Below, piece by piece: positions 1-10,000 of a DNA stretch of 36,394 nucleotides (its first letter is position 1; the number at the start of each line of letters is the position of its first letter). A program made the position numbers and the translations under genes. The DNA is taken from contig JBHEMM010000011.1 in the NCBI GenBank assembly GCA_046262595.1, positions 419-36,812 on the forward strand, written 5' to 3'. Source of the stretch: Vulcanimicrobiaceae bacterium. Lineage in GTDB: Bacteria; Vulcanimicrobiota; Vulcanimicrobiia; Vulcanimicrobiales; Vulcanimicrobiaceae. The notes under the pieces were generated by a model that ran no database searches, was not told where the DNA came from, and worked only from the letters and a program-made list of their open reading frames with translations.

Positions 1-266
1 CCGGCAAGATATGGCGTCTTGCGCGAGAACTCACCGGGTTCGACGACCACGCACCCGCCGAGCTGCGCGAGCGCTTCGATCATGTAGACGCCCGGAAGCA
101 GCGGATTACCGGGAAAGTGTCCGTTGAAGACGGGCTCGGTCGCGGTGATGTTTTTGTAGCCGGACGCGCGCACGCCGTGCTCCAGCAGCGTGATGCGATC
201 GACCAGCAGGATCGGATAGCGGTGCGGCAAGATCTCCATGATCTGCCGGATGTCGAGTTGCGACAC
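1..266 (-). CDS. fabZ: 3-hydroxyacyl-ACP dehydratase FabZ (3' end outside window)
   Basis: Manual translation from GTG at 266: [25 protein letters not shown]...[31 protein letters not shown] and GHFP motifs; follows lpxC. Confidence 0.96.
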   Translation of the reverse strand, partial: MSQLDIRQIMEILPHRYPILLVDRITLLEHGVRASGYKNITATEPVFNGHFPGNPLLPGVYMIEALAQLGGCVVVEPGEFSRKTPYLA

Positions 267-267
267 C

Positions 268-1110
268 TCAGCGCACCTGGGCCGAGGGCAGCGTGCTCTG
301 AGCCGACCGGCGCAATTCGTTCGTCGCGATGCAATGCAGTTTGTGGCCGCTCTTGATCGCGACGATCTCGCATTGCGGCCATGCCCCCAGCAGCGCGAAA
401 TCGCCCAGCAAATCGAGCACTTTGTGGCGCACCGGTTCGTTGCTCCAGCGCATCGGCTGCATCGGGCCGTCTGGTGCAAACACGAGCGCGTTCTCGAGCG
501 TTCCACCCTGCGCGAGCCCGCGCTTGCGCAGCGCTTCCACCTCGTGCAGATACCCGAACGTGCGCGCCCCGGCAATCTCGTCGGCGAAAAGCTGCGGCGT
601 GATCTCTGCATCGAAGTACTGCGTGCCGATCGGCGGGGCGAAGTCGGCGAGAAAACGAACGCGCAGCTGCGCGGCCGGGAGCACGATCACGGCACGCTCG
701 CCGTCGCGCACGAACGCCGGCGCGAGGGGAATGTAGCGTGCGCGCACTGCCGACTGCGCGACGATACCCGACTGCGCAATCAGCGTGGTAAACACTTTGG
801 CGCTGCCGTCGGCGACGGGAATCTCAGGGCCGTGAACGTGAATCGCCGCGTTCGCCACACCGCTGCCAAAGAGCGCGGCGAGCACATGCTCCACGGTGGA
901 AATGGTGACGCCGTCTTTGCCGAGCACCGTTGCGCGCGCCGTTTCAACGACGTACTCGGCGAGCGCCGGCACGTTCACGCCTTCGCTGAAAAACTGCAAG
1001 CCGCTTCCGGCCGGGGCGGGACGCACGTCGATGCGGCACGGGACGCCGCTGTGAAGACCGGCGCCTTCGTACGAAAACGCCGCCTTCAGCGTCGTTTGGT
1101 ACTCAGGGAT
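268..1110 (-). CDS. lpxC: UDP-3-O-acyl-N-acetylglucosamine deacetylase LpxC
   Basis: [32 protein letters not shown] and [10 protein letters not shown] motifs. Start placed at ATC 1110 (GGAG 7 nt upstream); alternative is TTG at 1140. Confidence 0.95.
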   Translation of the reverse strand: MPEYQTTLKAAFSYEGAGLHSGVPCRIDVRPAPAGSGLQFFSEGVNVPALAEYVVETARATVLGKDGVTISTVEHVLAALFGSGVANAAIHVHGPEIPVADGSAKVFTTLIAQSGIVAQSAVRARYIPLAPAFVRDGERAVIVLPAAQLRVRFLADFAPPIGTQYFDAEITPQLFADEIAGARTFGYLHEVEALRKRGLAQGGTLENALVFAPDGPMQPMRWSNEPVRHKVLDLLGDFALLGAWPQCEIVAIKSGHKLHCIATNELRRSAQSTLPSAQVR

Positions 1111-2125
1111 TTCGCTTCTCCAGCGCGTCGACACGGGCAACCAGCTTAGGCAGATTGCGAACCATGACCTCTCGCCGGAGTTCTTCCTTGTGCGGGCGCG
1201 CCGGGTTGCCGCTCACGAACGAGCCTTCCGGCACGTCGCCCCACACGCCGCTTTTTCCGGCGATAATGGATCGCGAACCGATCGACATGTGGCCGCGCGT
1301 GCCGGCCTGTCCGGCAATTTGGACAAAGTCACCGATGACGGTGCTGCCCGAAAGACCGCTTTGCGCGGCAATCGCCGTGCCGGAGCCGATCTTACAGTTG
1401 TGGCCGACCTGCACCAAATTGTCGATTTTGGTTCCGGCGCCGATGTGCGTGCTGCCCGTCTGCGCGCGATCGACGCAGGCGTTCGCACCGATCTCGACGT
1501 CCGCTTCCAAAACCACGTTGCCGACCTGCGGAATATGCTCGAATTTGCCGTCGATGAAGACGTACCCGAAGCCCTCGCTGCCAACGGTTGCGCCCGGGTG
1601 CAGAATGACGCGATCGCCGGCGATGCAGCCGTCCAGGATTCGCGCGTGCGGCGAGATCAGCGCGCCGGCGCCCACGCGCACGTCCTCGCCGATGTACGCG
1701 CCGCCCTCGATGACGGTGCCCTCGCCTATGGTGCTTCGGGCGCCGACGATAGCCAGCGCGCCGATGTACACGTCCGCGCCGATCGCCGCCGCCGGATCGA
1801 CTGCAGCGCTCGGATGGACGAACGGTCCGCGCTTGCGCGGGCGATCCATCTCGCGAAGCAACTGCATGAGCGCGACGCGCGCGCTTGCAACTTTGATCAG
1901 CGGTTTCGTGGGCGCTGTCTCCAGCGCATCGGCCAGCGCCTCGTCAACCAAGACGGCTGCCGCCTTGGAAGCGAGCGCCGTTTGCAAATATGCCGCGCTC
2001 GTTGCGAACGTCAACGCATCGGGACCCGCCTGATCGATAGCCGAGATGGCGCCGATGCAGACGCCGGCGTCGCCCTGAACCGTGCCGCCCGTGCGCGCAG
2101 CGAGCTGCGCGAGCGTCCCCAGCAC
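1103..2125 (-). CDS. lpxD: UDP-3-O-(3-hydroxyacyl)glucosamine N-acyltransferase LpxD
   Basis: Hexapeptide repeats, [28 protein letters not shown] start at 2125 just after the upstream stop. Confidence 0.96.
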   Translation of the reverse strand: MLGTLAQLAARTGGTVQGDAGVCIGAISAIDQAGPDALTFATSAAYLQTALASKAAAVLVDEALADALETAPTKPLIKVASARVALMQLLREMDRPRKRGPFVHPSAAVDPAAAIGADVYIGALAIVGARSTIGEGTVIEGGAYIGEDVRVGAGALISPHARILDGCIAGDRVILHPGATVGSEGFGYVFIDGKFEHIPQVGNVVLEADVEIGANACVDRAQTGSTHIGAGTKIDNLVQVGHNCKIGSGTAIAAQSGLSGSTVIGDFVQIAGQAGTRGHMSIGSRSIIAGKSGVWGDVPEGSFVSGNPARPHKEELRREVMVRNLPKLVARVDALEKRNP

Positions 2126-2126
2126 G

Positions 2127-2534
2127 CTACGGCGACGCGGAGGGTGCGGCGGTCTCGGTAATGCCCATCGCCTTCTCGACGTCGGGCGTGATGTCGACCC
2201 CGCCGTATCCCACGAACTCGCGCGTGACGACGATCTTGAGGTTCTTCTGCTGAGCGACCTTCGAGGCGGCATCTTTGATTTGGTTCACGAGCTGCACCGA
2301 GATCTGCTGATATTTTGCGTTCATCGCCGCGGCGCGCCGCTGCTTCTCGCCGTTCGAACCCGGCCCCGTTTCGATCGCGCGCTCGTCGGCGAGCATCTGA
2401 TTGTTCGCGTTCGTGTACTGCGGCCAATTTGAGGTCACGCGCTGTACGTCGATAAGCCCCACCGGGCTGCTGTTGCCGCCGCAAGCGGCGAGCGAAGCCG
2501 CTGCAAGAGCGGCGATCAAAGGTCGTTTTATCAC
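2127..2534 (-). CDS. Short OmpH/Skp-like lipoprotein
   Basis: Lipobox LAAC; Skp-like N-terminal VGLIDVQRV and C-terminal [12 protein letters not shown]...[13 protein letters not shown] overlap with upstream gene. Confidence 0.8.
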   Translation of the reverse strand: MIKRPLIAALAAASLAACGGNSSPVGLIDVQRVTSNWPQYTNANNQMLADERAIETGPGSNGEKQRRAAAMNAKYQQISVQLVNQIKDAASKVAQQKNLKIVVTREFVGYGGVDITPDVEKAMGITETAAPSASP

Positions 2535-3832
2535 TGGCGTAAGCTCTCGATGTCCTTTTTAACGTCGTCGGTCAGGTCGATTCCGCCGGCCGCGGCATCG
2601 ACGCTCATGAAAACGACTTGCAATCCCCGTTTGGCCGCGACCTGACCGGCGTCGCGTTTGATTTGATCCACCATTTTGTTATACAGATCGTCGCGCTCGC
2701 GCTGCAACTGTCCGAGCTGTTTGCCGGCGATCCCGCCCGCGGTCGCGTCGGCTCCCTGAAGCGAGGCGTACTGCGCATCCAGATCCGTTTTCGTCTGCTG
2801 ATACTGCTCGACGGTCTTTTGCGCCTCCGCCTTGAATTGCGCCTTGAACTGGGCGTCGATCTGCGCGAGCTTCTGCCGCGTGGCCTGCGGCAGATTCGAA
2901 GGCACCGCTTGCGGCCGCAGCCCCTGCAGCTGCGAGCTGACTTGCTGCGAGACCTGGTTCTGACGCGAGGTGAGCTTCGTGCGCGTCTGCGCGTGAATCT
3001 TGGCAACCTCCGTATTGAGCTCGGAAGCGTTCTGCGCGTGCAACTGCGCCTGATATGCCGCGAGCGTCTGAGCGTCGCGTTCGCGCTGCGCTTGCACTTT
3101 GTCGCTCTCTTGTTTGTCGAGCGCCGCAAGCTGGTCGCGGTACTGCTTGCGGACCGCATCGCTCATCGCAAGGTTGCCCAGCTTCATGCGCAGGTCCAGA
3201 CGTTTGGACGCGTCCTGCTGCGACACTTCCAAGCTGGCCTGTGATTCTTGCTCCTGCAGCTGCGTCGCGCGCTGACGGTACGCCGCGTTCGCGCGATCGT
3301 TGAGCTGCTTCTGCAGCTGGCTCACGGCCGCGCTGTCCTGCGCGATGACGCTTTGCTGATACGCCCGGAAATCGGCGTTCGCTTGCGCGGTGACCTGCTG
3401 CGCCTGCGCGTTCGCGGTTCCTTGCATCTGCTGTACGGTTCCGGCGCCGTCCGTTCCGGCGCCGGCGGCCGAAAGCGCCGCGCCGATCGCCTGCTGCTCG
3501 CGCTGCTGGTAATCGCGCTGCTTGCGGGCGAGTACTTCGTTGGCGCGCTGCTGCGCCTGCACCAATTCGCGATTCAGCTCGCGGGTTTGCTGCGCCAATT
3601 GCGCTTGCGTGCGCGGCACCGCGGCGGCGCCGAGCGATTTGAGCCCCAGCGCGGCAATCGCGTCCTGAATCTGCGAGAGCTGGGCGTAGAGCGGATGCGT
3701 TTTGAGCACGTCGTCAACCCGCACGTAGCCGATGCCGCGAACGGTGGGATCGTTCGCTGCCGGCTGATGACCGCAGGCCGCCAAAAGCAAAGTCAACGCC
3801 GCGGCCGCTCCAAGCCTATTTCTTAAGCGCAT
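2531..3832 (-). CDS. Long coiled-coil OmpH/Skp-like lipoprotein
   Basis: Lipobox LAAC; IGYVRVDDVL start and VAAKRGLQVVF...GGIDLTDDV end flank a long Q/A-rich helical region; ATG at 3832. Confidence 0.75.
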   Translation of the reverse strand: MRLRNRLGAAAALTLLLAACGHQPAANDPTVRGIGYVRVDDVLKTHPLYAQLSQIQDAIAALGLKSLGAAAVPRTQAQLAQQTRELNRELVQAQQRANEVLARKQRDYQQREQQAIGAALSAAGAGTDGAGTVQQMQGTANAQAQQVTAQANADFRAYQQSVIAQDSAAVSQLQKQLNDRANAAYRQRATQLQEQESQASLEVSQQDASKRLDLRMKLGNLAMSDAVRKQYRDQLAALDKQESDKVQAQRERDAQTLAAYQAQLHAQNASELNTEVAKIHAQTRTKLTSRQNQVSQQVSSQLQGLRPQAVPSNLPQATRQKLAQIDAQFKAQFKAEAQKTVEQYQQTKTDLDAQYASLQGADATAGGIAGKQLGQLQRERDDLYNKMVDQIKRDAGQVAAKRGLQVVFMSVDAAAGGIDLTDDVKKDIESLRQ

Positions 3833-4619
3833 CTTGGACATCTTTGGTGATGTCCGTGCCCCCAAAGATCACATCCGAGCGATCCACCACCAAGATCAAA
3901 TGTTTTTGCTGCGCGACGGTGGCCATGGCGGAGCGCGTTTGATCGACGAGCGGCTTGAGCATTTTATCCTGCTGCGCGCTGAGCGACTTCTGGTAATCCT
4001 GAAAGATCTGCTGCTGTTTTTGCGGATCCTTCTTCGCGCCTTGCATCTGCTTGAGCGCTTGCGCGCGCTGCTGCTGCGCGTATTTCAAAAAGTCGTCGTT
4101 CGCCTGTTTGATTTTCGGCTGTTGATCGATCTGCGACTGATCGACGTAGCCGATATCCGCGGGCGCCGGCGTCGAAGCGGGCGGCACGACCGCCGCTGAA
4201 TTGTTGACCAAGTCCTCGACGTTCTTCGTGATATCCACGCCGCCGTACACGACGATGCGCTTGTCGACGATGACGGCCAGGCCCTTACTGGAGCTCACCT
4301 GAGCGATCGCCGCCTGCGCCTTGCCGAACAGCGGTCCGAGCACTTGACGCTGCTTGTCCAAAAAGCGCTGCTGGAAAACCGTCGCGACGCGCTGCTTGTC
4401 CGCCTGGCTGTGCGTACGCTTTATCTGGCCCTGAAACTGCGCGTCGAGCTGCGACTTGTATTGCGCAACGCTCGCATTCGCGCGCGCAAACTGCGGCAAC
4501 GCGCCGATCGCCGCTTGATCGATGAAGCCGACGTCGGTCAGATCCGCGCCAAGCGCCGAGGGCGCAGCGATAAACGCAGCGACCAAGCCGGCTGCCAAGA
4601 TTGGAATGATCCTACGAAT
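3816..4619 (-). CDS. Tandem two-domain OmpH/Skp chaperone
   Basis: Two Skp repeats (VGFIDQ...GGVDITKNV; IGYVDQ...GGTDITKDV). Start placed at ATT 4619 (AGGAG 7 nt upstream), which gives signal peptide MRRIIPILAAGLVAAFIAAPSALG; alternative is TTG 4598. Confidence 0.85.
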   Translation of the reverse strand: MRRIIPILAAGLVAAFIAAPSALGADLTDVGFIDQAAIGALPQFARANASVAQYKSQLDAQFQGQIKRTHSQADKQRVATVFQQRFLDKQRQVLGPLFGKAQAAIAQVSSSKGLAVIVDKRIVVYGGVDITKNVEDLVNNSAAVVPPASTPAPADIGYVDQSQIDQQPKIKQANDDFLKYAQQQRAQALKQMQGAKKDPQKQQQIFQDYQKSLSAQQDKMLKPLVDQTRSAMATVAQQKHLILVVDRSDVIFGGTDITKDVQDALKK

Positions 4620-4631
4620 GTTCGTGCTCCT

Positions 4632-6923
4632 TCAGAAGCTTTGGCCGATGCCGAAGCTGGTGTGCGTCCCATTTGATCCCCGGGCGAAGTCGATGCGGAT
4701 CGTATGCAGCCCGAGTTGCGGCACGTCGAAACGCAGACCGATGCCGTAGTCGCCGCGGTATGCCCAGTCACCCGGGAATCCGATGATGCGCGAAGTGTAT
4801 GGGTCGAGCAGCGGCTGCGCCCCGCGGACCCGGTAGCCGCCCTCATCCGCAAACAGCGCGATGCCGAATTTGCGGTCGGCCGTAAGCGGCTTGCGCAATT
4901 CGATCTGTCCGAGCACCGTGTCGGTGCCGTAAAACACGGAATCGTAACCGCGCAGCACTTGATCGGAGAACGTGAACAGATTGCTCGGCGGAATGGCGCC
5001 GGTCGAAGCGCGCCCCTGGGCGTGAAGGGCCAGCGTCGAATCGCTGAGCACGGGTAAGAACTTCGCCACGTCGAGCGTGGTTTGGGTGAAGCGGAAGTTG
5101 GATCCGAGCTGAGGACTCGAGAACGTTTCGGAAAGCGAGAACGTCTGCCCGTGGCGCGGGTTGAAGATATCGTCGAGCGTCCGCGTCGAGTCCGTCGCGA
5201 ACCCGAGCGTGACGGTGTTGAGCGCGTACGGCTGCCCCGTGTTGATGTTCGCGATCGAGGTCGCGTTGATGCCGAAGCTGCCTGTATTGTTCGAGAGGTT
5301 TTGCAGCGGCCCGGGGGAGGGCAGCGGCACGATGTTCGGCTGCGCGCTCTGGAAGTAGTACGGCGCCGGGACCGTCGTGCTGTTGCGCACCCGCTGGGCG
5401 CCGATGCCGATCGAGGCGATGAGTGCGTCGTTGCGCCCCAAACGCCGCCCGATATTCGTGTTGATGCCTTGCGATTTTGCCGTACTCGTCGAGACCACGC
5501 CCGAAAGCAACTGCGCGTTGCCGCTTGCCAGCAGCGTTACGGGAATCGGCACGGCGGGCTGTCCGGGCGCCGGTGAGGCCAGCGCGGCCGCGCCGATTGC
5601 CGTCGTATACACGGGATAGAAGTAGGTGTAGCCGTTTCCGAAAATCGTGGCGCCGAAACTGTACTTCTGCGAGTTCTTCGTGTTGCCGACATACGGAATG
5701 GTGACTTGCGCCTGTGTGACATAGTTGCGTGCGCCGCGCTCGAACTGCACGGAAACGCCGTTGCCCGTGCCGTGCAGATTTGTATCGTTGTAACCGATCG
5801 TTCCGTACAAGCCTTGTCCGGTCAATCCCCCCGAATAGCCGGCGCCGACGGAGGCCGATGCCGTTTTCTGCTCGGCGACGATCCAATCGAGCACCACACA
5901 GCCGGGATCTTTTTTCGCCATCTCTTCGGGGCACGGTTTCGGATTGACGTCGACTTTGCTGAAGAAACCGGTGTTATTGAGCGCTTCGAGATCGCGCTGC
6001 ACGCCGTTCTTGCTCAAGATGACTCCCCGGCGCTCGAACAGCTGCCTGCGGATCACCTGATCTTTGGTTTTCGTGTTGCCGGTGATCTGCACCAAGCCGA
6101 CCCGCGCGACGTAGATGTCGTACTTGACCTTGGCGGTTCCGGCTTTTTCGTCGATCGTCGAGGGGTCGATGCCGCCTTCGAAATCACCGATCAGCAGGCT
6201 GTACTTGTCGTACAATTTCTGAACCGCTTGGGAGTCTTTGTCGCGCATCGCATCGCTGTACTCATCGCCCACCTTGGCCGTGAGCACGGGCGCGATGACG
6301 TTGGGAGGCAGAATCGCGTCTCCGCCAATCTCGATGCCCGAGATCGTCAGCCCTTCTTGAACGTCGATGGTCAACGCGCCCGACTTGGGGTCGATGCTCA
6401 AATTTTTCACGTGCGATGGCAGCTGGCCGCCGTATCCGATGCGGTCGTAGTAAGAATTGATCTTCAGAAAATCTTGGCGCAGCGTGTTCGTGTTGAGCAC
6501 CTGTCCGACCGAGGTGTCCATGAGCGCGAGCAGCGTGTCGGCCGGCACGTGGGCGTTGCCGTTGAAGGCCACCTTCGTGATCACCGGGTTTTCGATCACG
6601 CGGTACGTGACGGCGATGCCGCCCGGGCGCTGGCGCACGAGCGGAGCCGCTTGATCGGCGAAATAGCCCAGCGCGAAGATGCGCTGGAGGTCCGCCTGCA
6701 CCACCTGCGGGTCGTACGTTTGACCCGGACGCGCAGCGATGACGGCCATGATCGTCTGTGTGGGCACGTGTACGTTGCCCGAAACGTCGACCGAAACAAT
6801 TTTGGGACCGGAGGCGGCGTTTCCCGTGGCCGGTGAAAGCGCGGCAAGCGCGCATGCAAGAGCGAGCACCAGGCCGACGCACCGGTGGAGCGCGCCTCGC
6901 GCACGCCAGAGGCTAGAGGTCAT
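4632..6923 (-). CDS. bamA: Omp85/BamA outer-membrane protein assembly factor
   Basis: Signal peptide, about 4 POTRA repeats (xxxGNxH/KT), barrel with NLHGTG, LRGYD loop-6 motif and terminal FGIGQSF. Confidence 0.92.
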   Translation of the reverse strand: MTSSLWRARGALHRCVGLVLALACALAALSPATGNAASGPKIVSVDVSGNVHVPTQTIMAVIAARPGQTYDPQVVQADLQRIFALGYFADQAAPLVRQRPGGIAVTYRVIENPVITKVAFNGNAHVPADTLLALMDTSVGQVLNTNTLRQDFLKINSYYDRIGYGGQLPSHVKNLSIDPKSGALTIDVQEGLTISGIEIGGDAILPPNVIAPVLTAKVGDEYSDAMRDKDSQAVQKLYDKYSLLIGDFEGGIDPSTIDEKAGTAKVKYDIYVARVGLVQITGNTKTKDQVIRRQLFERRGVILSKNGVQRDLEALNNTGFFSKVDVNPKPCPEEMAKKDPGCVVLDWIVAEQKTASASVGAGYSGGLTGQGLYGTIGYNDTNLHGTGNGVSVQFERGARNYVTQAQVTIPYVGNTKNSQKYSFGATIFGNGYTYFYPVYTTAIGAAALASPAPGQPAVPIPVTLLASGNAQLLSGVVSTSTAKSQGINTNIGRRLGRNDALIASIGIGAQRVRNSTTVPAPYYFQSAQPNIVPLPSPGPLQNLSNNTGSFGINATSIANINTGQPYALNTVTLGFATDSTRTLDDIFNPRHGQTFSLSETFSSPQLGSNFRFTQTTLDVAKFLPVLSDSTLALHAQGRASTGAIPPSNLFTFSDQVLRGYDSVFYGTDTVLGQIELRKPLTADRKFGIALFADEGGYRVRGAQPLLDPYTSRIIGFPGDWAYRGDYGIGLRFDVPQLGLHTIRIDFARGSNGTHTSFGIGQSF

Positions 6924-6980
6924 CAAAAGTTCTTTCCATATGAGAGCTCGATCGTTCCAACGCTCGTCGCGTTAGCACTG

Positions 6981-7007
6981 TAACGCGCCCGCAGTGCGCG
7001 CCGTTTC
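6981..7007 (-). promoter_or_regulatory. Candidate ECF-sigma promoter upstream of bamA
   Basis: Minus strand GAAAC-N17-CGTTA matches the AAC/CGT pattern of ECF promoters; motif match only. Confidence 0.3.
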
Positions 7008-7062
7008 GACCCGCACCGCGTGTTCGCGGTAGCCCGGGGCTGTCCTTGCATTGCGAACGGCG

Positions 7063-10000
7063 CTAAAAAAGGCGCTGGAAAAGGAAGGTGAAGCCGTTCT
7101 GTCCCTGCACCGCCTGGCCCGCGCTTGCGCGCGGGTTGGTGGAGAGCGTTTGGCTGGGCGAGAGGAAGAGCGGCGTATCGCCGTTCTGAACGAACATGGT
7201 GAACTGCGCAGACGTGAAGGCGTTCGGCTGGTACGCAAATCCGAACGTCTGACGCACGGGCACGGTAAACGTCGTGCCGTACAGGGCGAAAAAGTCGCTG
7301 CCGAGCAACCGCCGGACGTCGAGCCCGAGGTTCCCCGCATAATCGACGGTGAGATTCACGTCCGAAAGCCCCAGCGTTCCGCCGAGCGCCGACTCTAGCG
7401 GCCCCAAGATGCCGCTCGAGAACTGCGTATTGAGAATGTTGAAGGCCTCCTGACCGATCGTGAGCGTGCCGTTCTGCCGGCGCTCGAAGATGTCCGGGAG
7501 CAGCGCGCCGCTTCCCGCCACCGGAGCCCCGGCAAGCTGCCCTGCGGGTAAGATAACGCCCGTGTCGGTGAACTGAATGGGCCCGACCAGACCGCCCAGC
7601 GGCAGAAGCAGGGCCACGATCTGCTGTTCGCTGTAACCGGGCGGGGTGGACGTGAAGGAAACCTTGACGTCGGGCACCGTGCCGCTCACCTGCGCGGTGA
7701 TGTCGGCGTAACCGGTTGGATTGCGCGCGGTGTTCGGATCCGGATTGGAAACGTGCGTCGTCGCAATGGCATAAATGTCGGGCAGTACGCCGTTCGCCGG
7801 CGTAAAACTGACCTGTCCCTGCTGGATCTTAAACGCGTGGTCGATGTAGGTGAGCGTGCCGCCAGCCGAGGTGAACGCGCCGTGGAGCGTCGGCTTGCGC
7901 AGCGAGCCCGCCAGCTGCACGGCCCCGGTTCCGCCGATATCCAGGCCGAACAAGCCGGCGCCGCCGCCGCGCACGCGCACATTCTTGCCGGCGGTGATCG
8001 CGAGATCGAAGCCCAAGTTCAACGGCGGCGCGGCGGCAGCCGATCCGGCCGGACCGCCGCTCAACTGCAGAAAGGCATTCAGAGGAATCAGCGCGTTGCT
8101 GATCCCGACGGTGCCTTTGAGGCGCGCGAGTTGCCCCGGAATGCGCGCCAGCGTGAGCGCCGAATAGAAGGTGCCTCCCCCGAACACCGGGGAGCCCAGC
8201 TGCGCACCGCGCGAGACGACGGCGATCGCGTATCCGAGCGGCCCGCCATGCAGGCCGCCGCCGAATGCGAGTGACCCGGACGCATCGAGCGTGCCCTTTC
8301 CGAGCTGTGCGTGCAGCCGGTCGAGCGTCGCTTTCGTGCCGCCGAAACTGAGCTGTGCGACGGTTCCGGTAATCGGAACGGTTTCAAGCGAACTCGAATA
8401 CGTCGCGTTTGTTACCGCGAGCGAGCCGAAAATCTGCGGATTGCCCGCGCTTCCCGAGACGCCGACATGTCCGCCGAGCGCCCCCGAGAGCCGCGTGCCG
8501 TTACCAAGAAAGGCCGCGAACGTCGCGAGGTCGACGTTTTGCGCACTTGCGTCCATGGAAATGGGCGCCTGCGGGGGACCGAAGCCGAACGGCGAGAGCT
8601 GCAGCGGAAGCGCGCCTGCCAAGGTGGCCGTGCCGTGTTGGAACGCGATCTGCGCATTGCGCACCACGAGCGAGCGCCGGTTCAACTGCACCTGACCGAA
8701 AAACGAGGGAATGCCGATGCCGTACGCGCTCACGCCGGTGCCTTCGACGCCCGCCGCAAACGTCGGCGTCTTGAAGGAGCCGCCGATGGCAATCGTCGAC
8801 TCGAAGCGGCCGCTCAAGTCGATATGGCGCTTCGTCGTCTGCGCGAGCAGCCGCGCCAAATCGGTGGAGGCCGCATGCACCTGCAGCGCGATCGGCGCCG
8901 ACGGCGTGAGGCCGAAACTGCCCGCACCGCTGGCCTGCAGGGCCGGCAGCGAAAACGCGAGTTGCGTGATCCGGATGCGATCCGGCGGCGCGCTCTGCGC
9001 GCGCAGCTGCGCCGTTTCAATCGAAAGCGGGCCCAGCGTGCCGTTGCGAAGCGAAGCGTTCAGCGCGAGATCGAGATGCGGATACGTTCCGCGCACGCGC
9101 GCGTCCCCGTTCACGCGACCGGTGAGCGGCAGCTGCGGATAGCCCAGCGCGGGCAGCCACGTCGTAAGATCGAAGTTTTGCAGCGCCGCATTGATGTCGT
9201 AGCGCGACCCGGAGACGATCCCCGCCAGGTCGCTTGAGGTGCGCAGGCCGATCGAACCGCCAGCACTCAACCGTCCATGCTCGCCGCCCACTTCGAGCGA
9301 ACCTTGCACGATATTGCTGACGCCGGTCCAGCGGGCCCGCGTGTCGCCGATCGGCAGACGGCGGTACCGCAATCGCTTGATGTTCACGTCTCCGGACGTG
9401 AGCGTGAGATTGCTGAAGTGCGAGAACGCGACGTCGACCGAACCGGTGCCGGCCAGCGTGTCGCCGGTATCGAAGTAATCGTTGAAGTCGGAGAGATCTG
9501 CGCGTCTGGCGTGCATCGTGAAGGCGAGCGCGCTGCGATGCACGGCGGCCGAAAACGCGGCGCGGGTCGAACCAACCGTGACCTGCGCATTGTCGACCGT
9601 CGCTCCGGACGAGCCGGCGGTCACCTCGGCGGTCCCCTCGCGAAAGCCCAAGCCGTTGATCGATCCGACCGGCACGCCGATCGTGCCGCGCATCTGCGGG
9701 TTCGTACCGCTTCCCCCGATGGAGAGCGATCCGTCGAAGCTGCCCTGGGCGTCATACGTGCGGATGTGCGCGAGCTGCGCCATCGCCGTAATGCTTCCCG
9801 CGGGAACTTCGGCCAGAATATCGTACGACGGCGCGCTTTGCGCTAATCCGCCGATCGAACCGTTCACGCGCGCGACCGTCGTCCCGATGGCGGCCAAGCC
9901 CCGATCCAATCGCAGCGTGCCCTTTGAAATCGCCACTTCCGAACTGGCGCTGAACGGCGCATAGCCCAACAGGCCCGCGCCTTCGACAACCACGCCGGCG

